Shown here in pieces: positions 25,505-34,826 of a stretch of 64,000 nt of DNA. A model generated the notes under the pieces. The model worked only from the letters and a program-made list of their open reading frames with translations. It had not been told where the DNA came from and ran no database searches. Within the stretch, counting starts at the first letter, position 1; each line of letters begins with the position of its first letter. The translations under genes were made by a program, and so were the position numbers. The DNA comes from Candidatus Actinomarina sp. (GTDB lineage Bacteria; Actinomycetota; Acidimicrobiia; Actinomarinales; Actinomarinaceae). The stretch is taken from NCBI GenBank assembly GCA_038147085.1, contig JAYQSV010000001.1:874578-938577 (forward strand). Direction: 5' to 3'.

Positions 25505-27962
25505 TATATCACTATCTTCTCCTGATATAGCAACAAACAACAATGCACTATGGGTAGGCTTAGCAAGAAATGCAACTTCAATTTCACTTACAACTTTGCC
25601 TTCTTCTAGCCCACCCACACTATTTATTTGTCAGGATGGGTTAAACCAAACTGCCGGTGTTCAATCTTTTTTAGTAAGTCGTGGGTTTGAACCAGGTCCT
25701 ATTGATGGTGCATATGGTGAAAAAACTGCTGGTGCATTAAGAAACTATCAAGCATCAGTTGGATTATCACAATCTGGAACAATTGATGATGCAACTTTAG
25801 CCAAAATTAAAGAAGAGGCTCAAGTTGATGGTCCTTGCGAATCTGAATATGGTCCTTTAAAAATTAGTGGCGGTGCCACAATCAATATTATCTACTCAAA
25901 CGGAGGGTGTTATTTTTCTGGTCATCCCCTTGTTGCAAAAGCAAGTGCTGGGTGTAATATCGGAATCAAATGGTCTGATGGAGGAAGAATAAGAGTTGGT
26001 CCAAGAGAACACAAGCATGGAGAATTAAAACTTAGATCAAAATCAGTATCGACAGGCTTTCATGTTTCACTTGCAGCAAATTTAGAGAAATATTTGTATG
26101 GACTAGCTGAGATGCCTTCACACTGGAATGTTAAAGCACTAGAAGCTCAAGCTCTAGTTGGAAGGAGTTATGCTGTATATCATTACTTAAGTAAAGATGT
26201 TCCAAGTTTAAGAACTAATTTAGATGCTGGTTTAAGTGATTCTCAAAAAGCTTACTGTTGGTGTCATATTGGTTCAACAGCATCAAGTCAATATTATTAT
26301 GGTTACCTAAAAGAAATTGCTGGCCCAAATTGGGTTCAAGCAGTTAATAATACAGCTGGCAAGGTTATTACATATAATGGTGGATACACCCAAAGTTCTG
26401 TAATTCAAGCTTTTTATTCATCTTCAACTGGTGGAAAAACAAATACAAATTCTGTGGGATTTGGCTCAGCAACTAATTGGCCATATTTAACTAGTGTTGA
26501 TGATCCTTGGTCAATTGATAACAGAGTTGGTAATCCTAAAGCTGCATGGTCTTATGATTTTAGTGCTTATCAGCTTTCAAAAAATATTTTATGCGGTGAC
26601 GATCCATGTTTTGATTCTGTAACAGATATATATGTTTCTTCAGCAGCTAGCTCTGGAGCTGCAATTGAAGTGACGATTAAAGGTTATAAAAATGGTTCTG
26701 CAAAATCGGTAACAAAATCTGGTAGAAATATTAAAGCTCAGTTAGGTTTTTCATCACATTATTTTCATACATCAAGTCAATCTGATGTTTCTAATTTAGA
26801 AGTTGGGCCAGTTACCGTAAATAATTCAACTTCTTCAGATAGTTCATCGCAGTCGAGTTCTGGAGATACACCTCAATATGCTACGTCAACAAGTGGCTTA
26901 AACTATTTGTCTGGTGCAGGGTTACTCGATCCATGCTCTGAAACTTCAAGTGCATGTCAAGCAAAAACCCTATCTAGAGGTGAAGCTGCAGCAATAATTT
27001 CAATAGTAGGTGGAATACCTCTTGATGCCCCTAATGCTTATAGTGACGATGACCAAAGTATATACCAACAAGCATTCAACAATTTACCTTATTATGGTAT
27101 GCAAGTATGTTTTGGTAGTCCATTTCAGATTCAACCAACTGAAGTTGTTTCAAGAGAAGAGTTTGCATGCTTAATAGTTAAAGCTATAAAAGCAGGAAGC
27201 ACAAGCAATTTAAGTGGTTCTGAAGATAAGTATTCAGATGATGGTGCAAGTAAATGGGGTAATGAAATTAATACATTAGCTGCTAACCAAGTAATCCCAC
27301 CTTGTAGTTCTATAGCGGATAAATTTTGTCCTAGTAGAAGAATAACGATAGGCGAAGTAGCGTATATTATTAACGAGATGGTTGGTAGATCTTTAATATC
27401 TAGTGACTTATTTAAAGGCAATAATTTTCAAACAGGTTGGACTGCTGTTGCTGGTGAGGTTGAAGATGCAGGTTCAACAGCTGTTTCTAACCCAAACGCA
27501 GGAAACGATAACTGTGTACCAAGTGATAACTCTAGTTTGATAATAAATTCAACTCTGGATGTGCAGCAGTTTCTATCTGATAATGGGTATAATCCTGGAC
27601 CTATTGATGGACAGTCTGGACCCAAAACTTTAGCAGCTATTAAACTTTTTCAATCTGATAAAGGACTTTTTGCCGATGGTGTCGTAGGTAATAAAACTAA
27701 AGCAGCAATGAGAGAACATACTGGTTGTGAAGGAGCTAATACTTGTATAGCTAGAGATAATTCCGCAGCAAACTTGGAATCAATTTCAGGAATTCAAACT
27801 TTCTTAGCTAATAATGGATTCAATCCTGGGATTATAGATGGAAAACTGGGATCATATACAAATGAAGCAATTAAAGCATTCCAAAGAAAAGTAGGTTTGA
27901 TTCCTGATGGTGTTGTAGGAAATAGAACTAAATCTGAAATGAAAGCTTATACTGGTTGTTAA
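25410..27962 (+). CDS. SpoIID/LytB-domain peptidoglycan-binding wall protein, main fragment
   Basis: Continues ...KGTNVQRLGDI. It has a second PG-binding repeat and the SpoIID/LytB core (LEKYLYGLAEMPSHWNVKALEAQALVGRSYAVY ... FYSSSTGGKT). A Ser-rich linker, three SLH-like repeats and two C-terminal PG-binding repeats follow. Confidence 0.75.
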   Translation: MEQVFVQILAHVVLRKLLSIIFKGTNVQRLGDISLSSPDIATNNNALWVGLARNATSISLTTLPSSSPPTLFICQDGLNQTAGVQSFLVSRGFEPGPIDGAYGEKTAGALRNYQASVGLSQSGTIDDATLAKIKEEAQVDGPCESEYGPLKISGGATINIIYSNGGCYFSGHPLVAKASAGCNIGIKWSDGGRIRVGPREHKHGELKLRSKSVSTGFHVSLAANLEKYLYGLAEMPSHWNVKALEAQALVGRSYAVYHYLSKDVPSLRTNLDAGLSDSQKAYCWCHIGSTASSQYYYGYLKEIAGPNWVQAVNNTAGKVITYNGGYTQSSVIQAFYSSSTGGKTNTNSVGFGSATNWPYLTSVDDPWSIDNRVGNPKAAWSYDFSAYQLSKNILCGDDPCFDSVTDIYVSSAASSGAAIEVTIKGYKNGSAKSVTKSGRNIKAQLGFSSHYFHTSSQSDVSNLEVGPVTVNNSTSSDSSSQSSSGDTPQYATSTSGLNYLSGAGLLDPCSETSSACQAKTLSRGEAAAIISIVGGIPLDAPNAYSDDDQSIYQQAFNNLPYYGMQVCFGSPFQIQPTEVVSREEFACLIVKAIKAGSTSNLSGSEDKYSDDGASKWGNEINTLAANQVIPPCSSIADKFCPSRRITIGEVAYIINEMVGRSLISSDLFKGNNFQTGWTAVAGEVEDAGSTAVSNPNAGNDNCVPSDNSSLIINSTLDVQQFLSDNGYNPGPIDGQSGPKTLAAIKLFQSDKGLFADGVVGNKTKAAMREHTGCEGANTCIARDNSAANLESISGIQTFLANNGFNPGIIDGKLGSYTNEAIKAFQRKVGLIPDGVVGNRTKSEMKAYTGC

Positions 27963-29872
27963 TCAAAATAGCTTAATATTTCAAGTTTTATTTTTTCTGC
28001 TTCAAATTTAAAATGTTTTTCTAAATCTTTTTCAGTTGCTGATTCACCAAAAGTTTCAATAGAAAAAGATTTAGTTACATTTCCTACATAGTCTTTCCAA
28101 CCAATAGAACGACCAAGCTCAATTGAAAAAACTAAATTGTTCATTTTAAAATTCTCTATATTATCTGATAAAAATTTATTTAAAATTGGTGCACTAATAA
28201 TCTGTACAGACTTATCTTTTAATAATTCCTTAATTTTTAAAGCAAGATGCACTTCAGAACCAGTAGCTATTAGAGTTAAATCAGACCCTGTAGAAATTTC
28301 ATAAGCACCTTGAATAAATTCTTCATAGCTTACTGCATTATCAAAATACGGTAAATCTTGTCTAGTCAAAACAAGTACTTTTGTTTGATTTTTGTCTGAA
28401 AATAAATACTTATAGCTGTGTTGAATTTCAATGTTGTTGGCTGGTCTGATCAATTCTATATTTGGAATTAACCTTAGAGACATTAGATGTTCTACAGGTT
28501 GATGCGTTGGCCCATCTTCACCCAGATAGATTGAGTCATGGGTAAAAATAAATGAAGAATTAAGGTTCATTAATGATCCAAGTCGAATACTTGGCCTCAT
28601 GTAGTCAGAAAAAACTAAAAATGTTGAACCATATGCGAATAATTTTGAATGTAAGCTGATTCCGTTAATAATTGCAGCCATTCCATGTTCTCTTATTCCA
28701 AATTCAATATTTTGACCACTTCTATTCTTGGAGGAATAAGTGCTATCTGAAATAATTTGTTTTGTTGAAGCTGCTAAATCGGCTGATCCACCTAAGATAA
28801 ATTTGTTACTCTCACCTATTTTTTTTAATAATTTACCACCATTGACTCTTGTTGCAGCTGACTGTTTCAAATCTAGATTTTCAAAACTGATTTCACCATT
28901 AATAAACTGGTTCCATAAATTATTAAAACTGCCATCTTCATTTAATTTTTTATTTAAAGTAGAAAACCAATTATCAAATTCAACATTATCTAACTTTCTT
29001 TTTTCTTCGAAATATTCATAAATTTCTTTTTTATGCTCAAATAGATCACCTTTCCAACCTATGTTATTTAAAAATAATTTCATTTCTTCATCGCCTAATG
29101 GAGAGCCGTGAACACCGCTAGTGTTTTCTTTATTAGGTGCAAATTTACCAATTGTTGTTTTTGCAATTATTATTGAAGGTTTCGAAACTTCTTGTTTAGC
29201 TAATTTAATAGATTGTAAAATTTGAATTTCGTTATGACCATCAATTTCTTGAACATGCCAGCCTAAAGATTCAAATTTTAATTTTTGGTTTGTTTTTGAA
29301 ACTTTTTCAACTTTTCCATCAATTGAAATATTGTTATCATCAAAAAAATAGATTATTTTCCCTAATTCCCACACAGAAGCTAATTCTGCAGCTTCAAATG
29401 AAATACCTTCCATGAGATCTCCGTCTGAGACTATTCCAAAAACATAATGATCAATAATTTCATTACCAAAGATTGAAGAAAGGTATGATTCTGCCAAAGC
29501 TAAACCAACTCCGGTTGCAAAACCTTGACCAAGTGGTCCAGTTGTAATGTCTATTCCTAACTCATTATTTTTTTCTGGATGTCCAGCTGTAATAGAACCG
29601 AGTTGCCTAAAATTTTTAATATCTTCAATTGAGATGTTGTAGCCATTGAAGTGAAGCAGGCTGTATAAAAGCATTGAGCCATGTCCAGCGCTTAAAACAA
29701 AACGATCTCTGTTAATCCAATCTGGATTTTTATTAGAAATCTTTAGACCATTTTTAAATAAAGCTACACCAATATCAGCAGCACCTAAAGGCATTCCTGG
29801 GTGTCCTGAATTTGCTTTTTCTACACCTGCAGCAGATAAAACTCTTACCGACTTGGTAACTTCATCAAACAT
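27959..29872 (-). CDS. tkt: Transketolase
   Basis: N-terminal SGHPGMPLGAAD, the ThDP motif SDGDLMEG, and family-typical length (637 aa). Confidence 0.93.
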   Translation of the reverse strand: MFDEVTKSVRVLSAAGVEKANSGHPGMPLGAADIGVALFKNGLKISNKNPDWINRDRFVLSAGHGSMLLYSLLHFNGYNISIEDIKNFRQLGSITAGHPEKNNELGIDITTGPLGQGFATGVGLALAESYLSSIFGNEIIDHYVFGIVSDGDLMEGISFEAAELASVWELGKIIYFFDDNNISIDGKVEKVSKTNQKLKFESLGWHVQEIDGHNEIQILQSIKLAKQEVSKPSIIIAKTTIGKFAPNKENTSGVHGSPLGDEEMKLFLNNIGWKGDLFEHKKEIYEYFEEKRKLDNVEFDNWFSTLNKKLNEDGSFNNLWNQFINGEISFENLDLKQSAATRVNGGKLLKKIGESNKFILGGSADLAASTKQIISDSTYSSKNRSGQNIEFGIREHGMAAIINGISLHSKLFAYGSTFLVFSDYMRPSIRLGSLMNLNSSFIFTHDSIYLGEDGPTHQPVEHLMSLRLIPNIELIRPANNIEIQHSYKYLFSDKNQTKVLVLTRQDLPYFDNAVSYEEFIQGAYEISTGSDLTLIATGSEVHLALKIKELLKDKSVQIISAPILNKFLSDNIENFKMNNLVFSIELGRSIGWKDYVGNVTKSFSIETFGESATEKDLEKHFKFEAEKIKLEILSYFD

Positions 29873-29892
29873 AGATTTAAGTATAAATGAAT

Positions 29893-31539
29893 TTAAACAG
29901 AGGCAAAAGAATCTTTTGCATGATATGAAGACCTAACTAATGGTCCTGACTCAACATGAGGTATTCCTAAGGATTCACCAAATATCTTGTATTCATTAAA
30001 TTCTTCAACATTTACATACCTGTGGATTGGTCTATGTTTTGCAGTCGGACGAAGATATTGACCAATCGTGACAATATCTATATTTAATTTAGAAATATCT
30101 AATAATACATCTAAAACTTCTTCTTTATTTTCACCCATACCAACTATTAAACCAGTTTTTGTTTTTCCAAGAAAACCTTGTGAATTAATATATTCAAAAA
30201 TTGAAAGCGATCTACCATAGGATGCTGCTGTTCTAATCTCTCGCTGTAGTCTTGGGACTGTTTCAAGATTGTGATTAAATACATCTGGATTAGCATTTAG
30301 AATATTGTCAATTGCTTCCCTATCTCCTTTAAAATCAGGAACTAGAACTTCTACACTACATTGATTATTGATTGCTTTTGTTTTTCTAATTGTTTCAGCA
30401 AAAAACTCTGAGCCCCCATCTTTTAAATCATCTCTGTTAACTGACGTTATTACAGCATGTGAAAGTTTCATTATGCTTACACTTTCTGCAACTCTTGTTG
30501 GTTCGTCCCAATCTAGTTCTCCAGGTTTACCAGTTTTAACATCACAAAACCCACAAGCCCTAGTACATACTTCACCCATAATCATGAATGTTGCAGTACC
30601 ACTTGACCAACACTCATAAATGTTTGGACAAGAAGCTTCTTCACATACAGTATTTAGTCTTTTTTCTTTGAGTAAGTTCTTTAAAGAAATGTAATCTTGA
30701 CCTAGATTTGCTTTTACTTTCATCCATTCAGGTCGAGAAGGTTCATTAGGAAGTACACCTTTAATAGCTATAGGAATAGATTTTCTACTTGGGCTGAAAA
30801 CACCTTGTTCTAACATTGAATCAATATCAAAAGTTTTTGAGGCTTTTAATTGTTTAGGAGTAAATTGTGAAAATTGCTCACTTATATTTAAATATTTAAA
30901 TTCGTCTTTAAACTTACGTACCAAAGTCTCTGTAACATTCTTGAAAGTTATTTTTTCATTAAATTGATAAATTGAAGTCATTTTTTCTGTATCTGAACCA
31001 CATGGATTGATTAAAGAATAACCATCTAAATTATCAAAAATATTTAATGAGAAACCATGGTAGGTAGTCCATTTACTCACCTTAATTCCAATCGATGCTA
31101 TTTTTCCTTTTTCAGTCCACACACCTGTATCGTCCTCTTTAGTAAAAGCTTCAATCTCATAATCTTTTAGAGTTTTTATTAGGACATTCTCTAGAGATCT
31201 AACGTAAGGAAGAACTTTTTTAGGGTCTGAAAGTCTTATAATTGGGTACCCAATTAATTGACCTTCACCATGAAAAGTAATATCGCCACCTCTATCTGTT
31301 TCAAAATACTCAATACCAAGTTCTCTTAATTTATCTGATGAAACTAGTAAATTGTTTAAATCTCCTGATCTTCCGATAGTTATGACTTTTTCATGTTCTA
31401 ACAATAATAAATAGTCATCATTGGATGATTCAAGAGCTACTGATTGATGGAATCCTTTTTGTAAATCGTAAGCTTCAGAATAAGGTAGTTTACCTAACCA
31501 TCTTACGTTTAATTTCCTCAAGATAATTCCTGAGTCCAA
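29893..31539 (-). CDS. lipB-lipA: Fused octanoyltransferase LipB / lipoyl synthase LipA
   Basis: The N-terminal ~215 aa carry LipB motifs (DRGGDITFHGEGQLIGYP, KIASIGIKVSKWTTYHG, NPCG). The C-terminal ~285 aa carry LipA motifs (CEEASCPNIYEC and radical-SAM CTRACGFC). It is a single uninterrupted 548-aa ORF. An alternative TTG at 31521 gives a TTGA overlap with the E2 stop. Confidence 0.88.
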   Translation of the reverse strand: MDSGIILRKLNVRWLGKLPYSEAYDLQKGFHQSVALESSNDDYLLLLEHEKVITIGRSGDLNNLLVSSDKLRELGIEYFETDRGGDITFHGEGQLIGYPIIRLSDPKKVLPYVRSLENVLIKTLKDYEIEAFTKEDDTGVWTEKGKIASIGIKVSKWTTYHGFSLNIFDNLDGYSLINPCGSDTEKMTSIYQFNEKITFKNVTETLVRKFKDEFKYLNISEQFSQFTPKQLKASKTFDIDSMLEQGVFSPSRKSIPIAIKGVLPNEPSRPEWMKVKANLGQDYISLKNLLKEKRLNTVCEEASCPNIYECWSSGTATFMIMGEVCTRACGFCDVKTGKPGELDWDEPTRVAESVSIMKLSHAVITSVNRDDLKDGGSEFFAETIRKTKAINNQCSVEVLVPDFKGDREAIDNILNANPDVFNHNLETVPRLQREIRTAASYGRSLSIFEYINSQGFLGKTKTGLIVGMGENKEEVLDVLLDISKLNIDIVTIGQYLRPTAKHRPIHRYVNVEEFNEYKIFGESLGIPHVESGPLVRSSYHAKDSFASV

Positions 31540-32813
31540 TCAGTTAACTCTAATTTATCTTTTATAAAATTAAGAAATAGCAAAGCAATAGAACCATCAA
31601 ATACTCTATGGTCCCAAGTTAAGCTCAAAACTCCAGTATGTCTAATTGCAATAGAATCAGAGCCATCACTATTTGTAATTACAACAGCTCTTTTTTTGAC
31701 TGATTCAGTAGAAAGAATTGCGACATTAGGTTGATTAATAATAGGTGAAGTTATAAAAGAATTAAAAGAACCATTATTTGATATAGTGAATGTGCTTCCA
31801 GAAACATCTTCTAACCCAAATTTTCCACTTCTTAACAATGTTGAAGTTTCAGATATTTTCTTTGCAACTCCTTTTAAATTATAAGAATCTGCATCTTTTA
31901 TAGTTCCGACTAACAAACCTTCTTGATTTAAATCGACTGCAATCCCTAAATTAATATATTTGTGTAAAGTATGAGTTCCAGCATCTAAGTCGAAAGAACT
32001 ATTTACAGTTGGAAATTCTTTCAATGCAGAAATAGTTGCAAGTGAAATAAACGGTAGGTAAGTTAACGAAAATCCATTGTCTTCCTTAAATTTTGACTTA
32101 AATTTACTTCGAGATATTTCTAAACTCTCATAATCTACTTCTACTGATGTCATAACATGTGCTGATATTTGTTTTGAGAGCACCATGTTTTGCGCTATTC
32201 GTTTTCTCAATCTAGATATTTCACCAGAATCAATTTTTGAAACGTTAGATTCAGATTTCTGTACTACTTCTTTTTCTTCAATTTTTGTATCTTGTTTATC
32301 ATTTTTTTCAACAACATTTTTATTTTGGCTGATGTAAGATTCAATGTCTTTTCTAGTTATTCTGCCATCTTTACCGGTACCAGTAACTTGACCTAGATCT
32401 AAATTATTTTCACTTGCAAGTCTTCTAACTATAGGTGAAAGGTTTTTATTTTGATTATTTTTAATAACATCTAAATCTTTTTTTTGAGGTTCCTCTGTTG
32501 CAACAGCATTCATTTCAATTTGAGCCGAATCTTCAATATTAGATTGATCATTTTTTTTATTTTCTACTATTTCGGAATTACCATTTAACTCTAGAAGGCC
32601 AGCTCCAACCTCAACTGTCTCGCCTTCTTCAACTAATAAATTAGTAACTTTACCTGCAAATGGGGATGGAACTTCTGTATCAACTTTGTCGGTAGATATT
32701 TCTAGTATTGGATCATCTTCTCTTACTTCATCCCCAACTTTAACTAACCACCTCAAAACCGTTCCTTCAGTAACAGTTTCACCTAATTGAGGCATTGTAA
32801 CAATCTGACTCAT
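31518..32813 (-). CDS. Dihydrolipoamide acyltransferase (E2) of a 2-oxoacid dehydrogenase complex
   Basis: Lipoyl attachment motif EISTDKVDTEV, a peripheral subunit-binding domain (SPIVRRLASENNLDL), and the catalytic DHRVFDG. Confidence 0.9.
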   Translation of the reverse strand: MSQIVTMPQLGETVTEGTVLRWLVKVGDEVREDDPILEISTDKVDTEVPSPFAGKVTNLLVEEGETVEVGAGLLELNGNSEIVENKKNDQSNIEDSAQIEMNAVATEEPQKKDLDVIKNNQNKNLSPIVRRLASENNLDLGQVTGTGKDGRITRKDIESYISQNKNVVEKNDKQDTKIEEKEVVQKSESNVSKIDSGEISRLRKRIAQNMVLSKQISAHVMTSVEVDYESLEISRSKFKSKFKEDNGFSLTYLPFISLATISALKEFPTVNSSFDLDAGTHTLHKYINLGIAVDLNQEGLLVGTIKDADSYNLKGVAKKISETSTLLRSGKFGLEDVSGSTFTISNNGSFNSFITSPIINQPNVAILSTESVKKRAVVITNSDGSDSIAIRHTGVLSLTWDHRVFDGSIALLFLNFIKDKLELTDWTQELS

Positions 32814-32817
32814 TGTT

Positions 32818-34824
32818 TTATTGTAATCCTTTTATTGCACTTACTACTCTGGCTGCATTTGGAATAAATGCATCTTCCAATACTGGAGCAAAAGGAATAT
32901 GCGTATTAGGTGGGGTTATCTTGAGTATTGGATTATCTAGATTCCAAAAACCTTTCTCAGCAACTAAAGATGAAATTTCAGAAGCTACTGAAGAAAATGG
33001 AACATCTTCTTGGAGAATGCATAAATTAGAAGTCTTTTCAACTGACTTTAAAATAATTTCCTCATCTAAAGGAACAATTGTTCTTAAATCAATTATTTCC
33101 ACAGAAATATTATCAGCTTCTAAAGCAAGTGCGGCTTCCTGAGCAACTGAAACCATGCCTGACCAAGTTACAATTGTGAAATCTGAACCTTCCTTAACAA
33201 CAGCACCTTTACCAATCTCAACTTCATACAAACCAAGCGGAACTTCCATTTTTAAATCTGGTTTTCGATAAAGTTTTTTGTGTTCTAAATACATAACTGG
33301 ATTTGGATCATATGTAGCTGCAACAAGTAATCCTTTAGCATCATATGGGTTTGATGGTGCAACTATTTTTATTCCAGGATGGTGTGCTAGCAGTGATTCG
33401 GGGCTTATCGAATGAAACGGACCAGACCTAGTACCAGCACCCGTTGGTCCTCTAACAACCATTGAAACTGACTTTCCTGCTTTCCAATAATATTTTGCTG
33501 CTTCAGTTGTAATTTGATCTAAAGCTGGGTATACAAAATCATAAAATTGTAACTCAACTATTGGCTTCTTTCCAGCCAAAGCTGCTCCGACTGCAGCACC
33601 TGTAAAGGCACCTTCGGAAATTGCTGTATCTAAAATCCTATCTGATCCATATTTTGCATGTAAACCTTTTGTTGCTTTAAATGCACCTTCAAATTCACCA
33701 ATATCTTCTCCCATCATGAATACATCTTTATCATTTTCAAGCAACTCATCTAACCCATTAGTAATTGCTTCAATAAGATTCATAGTTTTTGTTTCACTAC
33801 TTTTTGTATTCTTTACCTCTGAATTTCTAGTAGCAAATATATCTAAAATTTCATTCTCGGGTTTTGGATCATCTTGAGCTTTAGCCCATTCAAGAGTTTC
33901 TCTTATTTCAATTTCTAATTCTTCGGTAAGTTTTGCAAAGTCATCTTCAGAAAACAAACCTTCATCGATTAATGCAGTCTCAAATCTACTAATAGGGTCG
34001 CGTTTCATCCAAAAGTCTCTGACTTCTTCTGTTACATATTCGGCTGGGTCATGACCTGCATGTCCATAATGTCTAAATGTAACTAGTTCAACAAGTGTTG
34101 GACCATTGCCATTTCTTGCATGTTCACAGGCATCATGAATAGTATTAATTACTTCATAAATATCATTTCCATCAATTATTTTTGAAGGTACGCCGTACCC
34201 TGAGGCTCTATCAGCAACATTAGGAGTTCCAAATTCAGTTTCATTGGGAGATGAATAAGCAAATTGATTATTTTGGACAGTGAAAACTATTGGAAGATTC
34301 GAAACACCTGCCATATTTATACTTTCATGCCAAGTTCCCGTAGCAGTTGCTCCTTCACCGCAATTAGCTACAGCAACTATACCTGAGTTATCTAACTTTG
34401 ATGCGAGTGCCCAACCAACTGCAACTGGAGCAGAGTCTGGCAATGGTGATACAACCATTAAAGTTCCTTTATCCACAACACCAAAATGACTATTGCCGTC
34501 CCTACCCTTAGACGGCCCATCGTGTTTACCAAAGAAATTAAGTGCAATTTCTTTTAAAGTTACACCTTTCTTAATTTGAACACCTAAATCCCTATGTGTT
34601 CCACCAAAAATGTCTTTTTCGTCCATTCCTGCAGCAATACCTGCCATAGATGCTTCTTGCCCTATTCCTGGATAAACAGCTCCACTTAGTTGTCCGCCTT
34701 TATAAAGCTTTAACAATCTTTCTTCTAGCTGACGTTGAGTTTTCATTGACTTATAAATATCCCAAAGTTGTTCTTTAGTTAGTTTTGAAGAATATCCACT
34801 TCTAGTAATTTTTTCAATTCCCAT
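32818..34824 (-). CDS. 2-oxoacid dehydrogenase E1 component, fused alpha and beta subunits
   Basis: Residues 1-~330 are the ThDP-binding alpha part (CGEGATATGTWHESINMA...). From about M348 the beta part begins (MNLIEAITNGLDELL...MGEDIG...). Total 668 aa. Confidence 0.88.
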   Translation of the reverse strand: MGIEKITRSGYSSKLTKEQLWDIYKSMKTQRQLEERLLKLYKGGQLSGAVYPGIGQEASMAGIAAGMDEKDIFGGTHRDLGVQIKKGVTLKEIALNFFGKHDGPSKGRDGNSHFGVVDKGTLMVVSPLPDSAPVAVGWALASKLDNSGIVAVANCGEGATATGTWHESINMAGVSNLPIVFTVQNNQFAYSSPNETEFGTPNVADRASGYGVPSKIIDGNDIYEVINTIHDACEHARNGNGPTLVELVTFRHYGHAGHDPAEYVTEEVRDFWMKRDPISRFETALIDEGLFSEDDFAKLTEELEIEIRETLEWAKAQDDPKPENEILDIFATRNSEVKNTKSSETKTMNLIEAITNGLDELLENDKDVFMMGEDIGEFEGAFKATKGLHAKYGSDRILDTAISEGAFTGAAVGAALAGKKPIVELQFYDFVYPALDQITTEAAKYYWKAGKSVSMVVRGPTGAGTRSGPFHSISPESLLAHHPGIKIVAPSNPYDAKGLLVAATYDPNPVMYLEHKKLYRKPDLKMEVPLGLYEVEIGKGAVVKEGSDFTIVTWSGMVSVAQEAALALEADNISVEIIDLRTIVPLDEEIILKSVEKTSNLCILQEDVPFSSVASEISSLVAEKGFWNLDNPILKITPPNTHIPFAPVLEDAFIPNAARVVSAIKGLQ

Positions 34825-34826
34825 AA

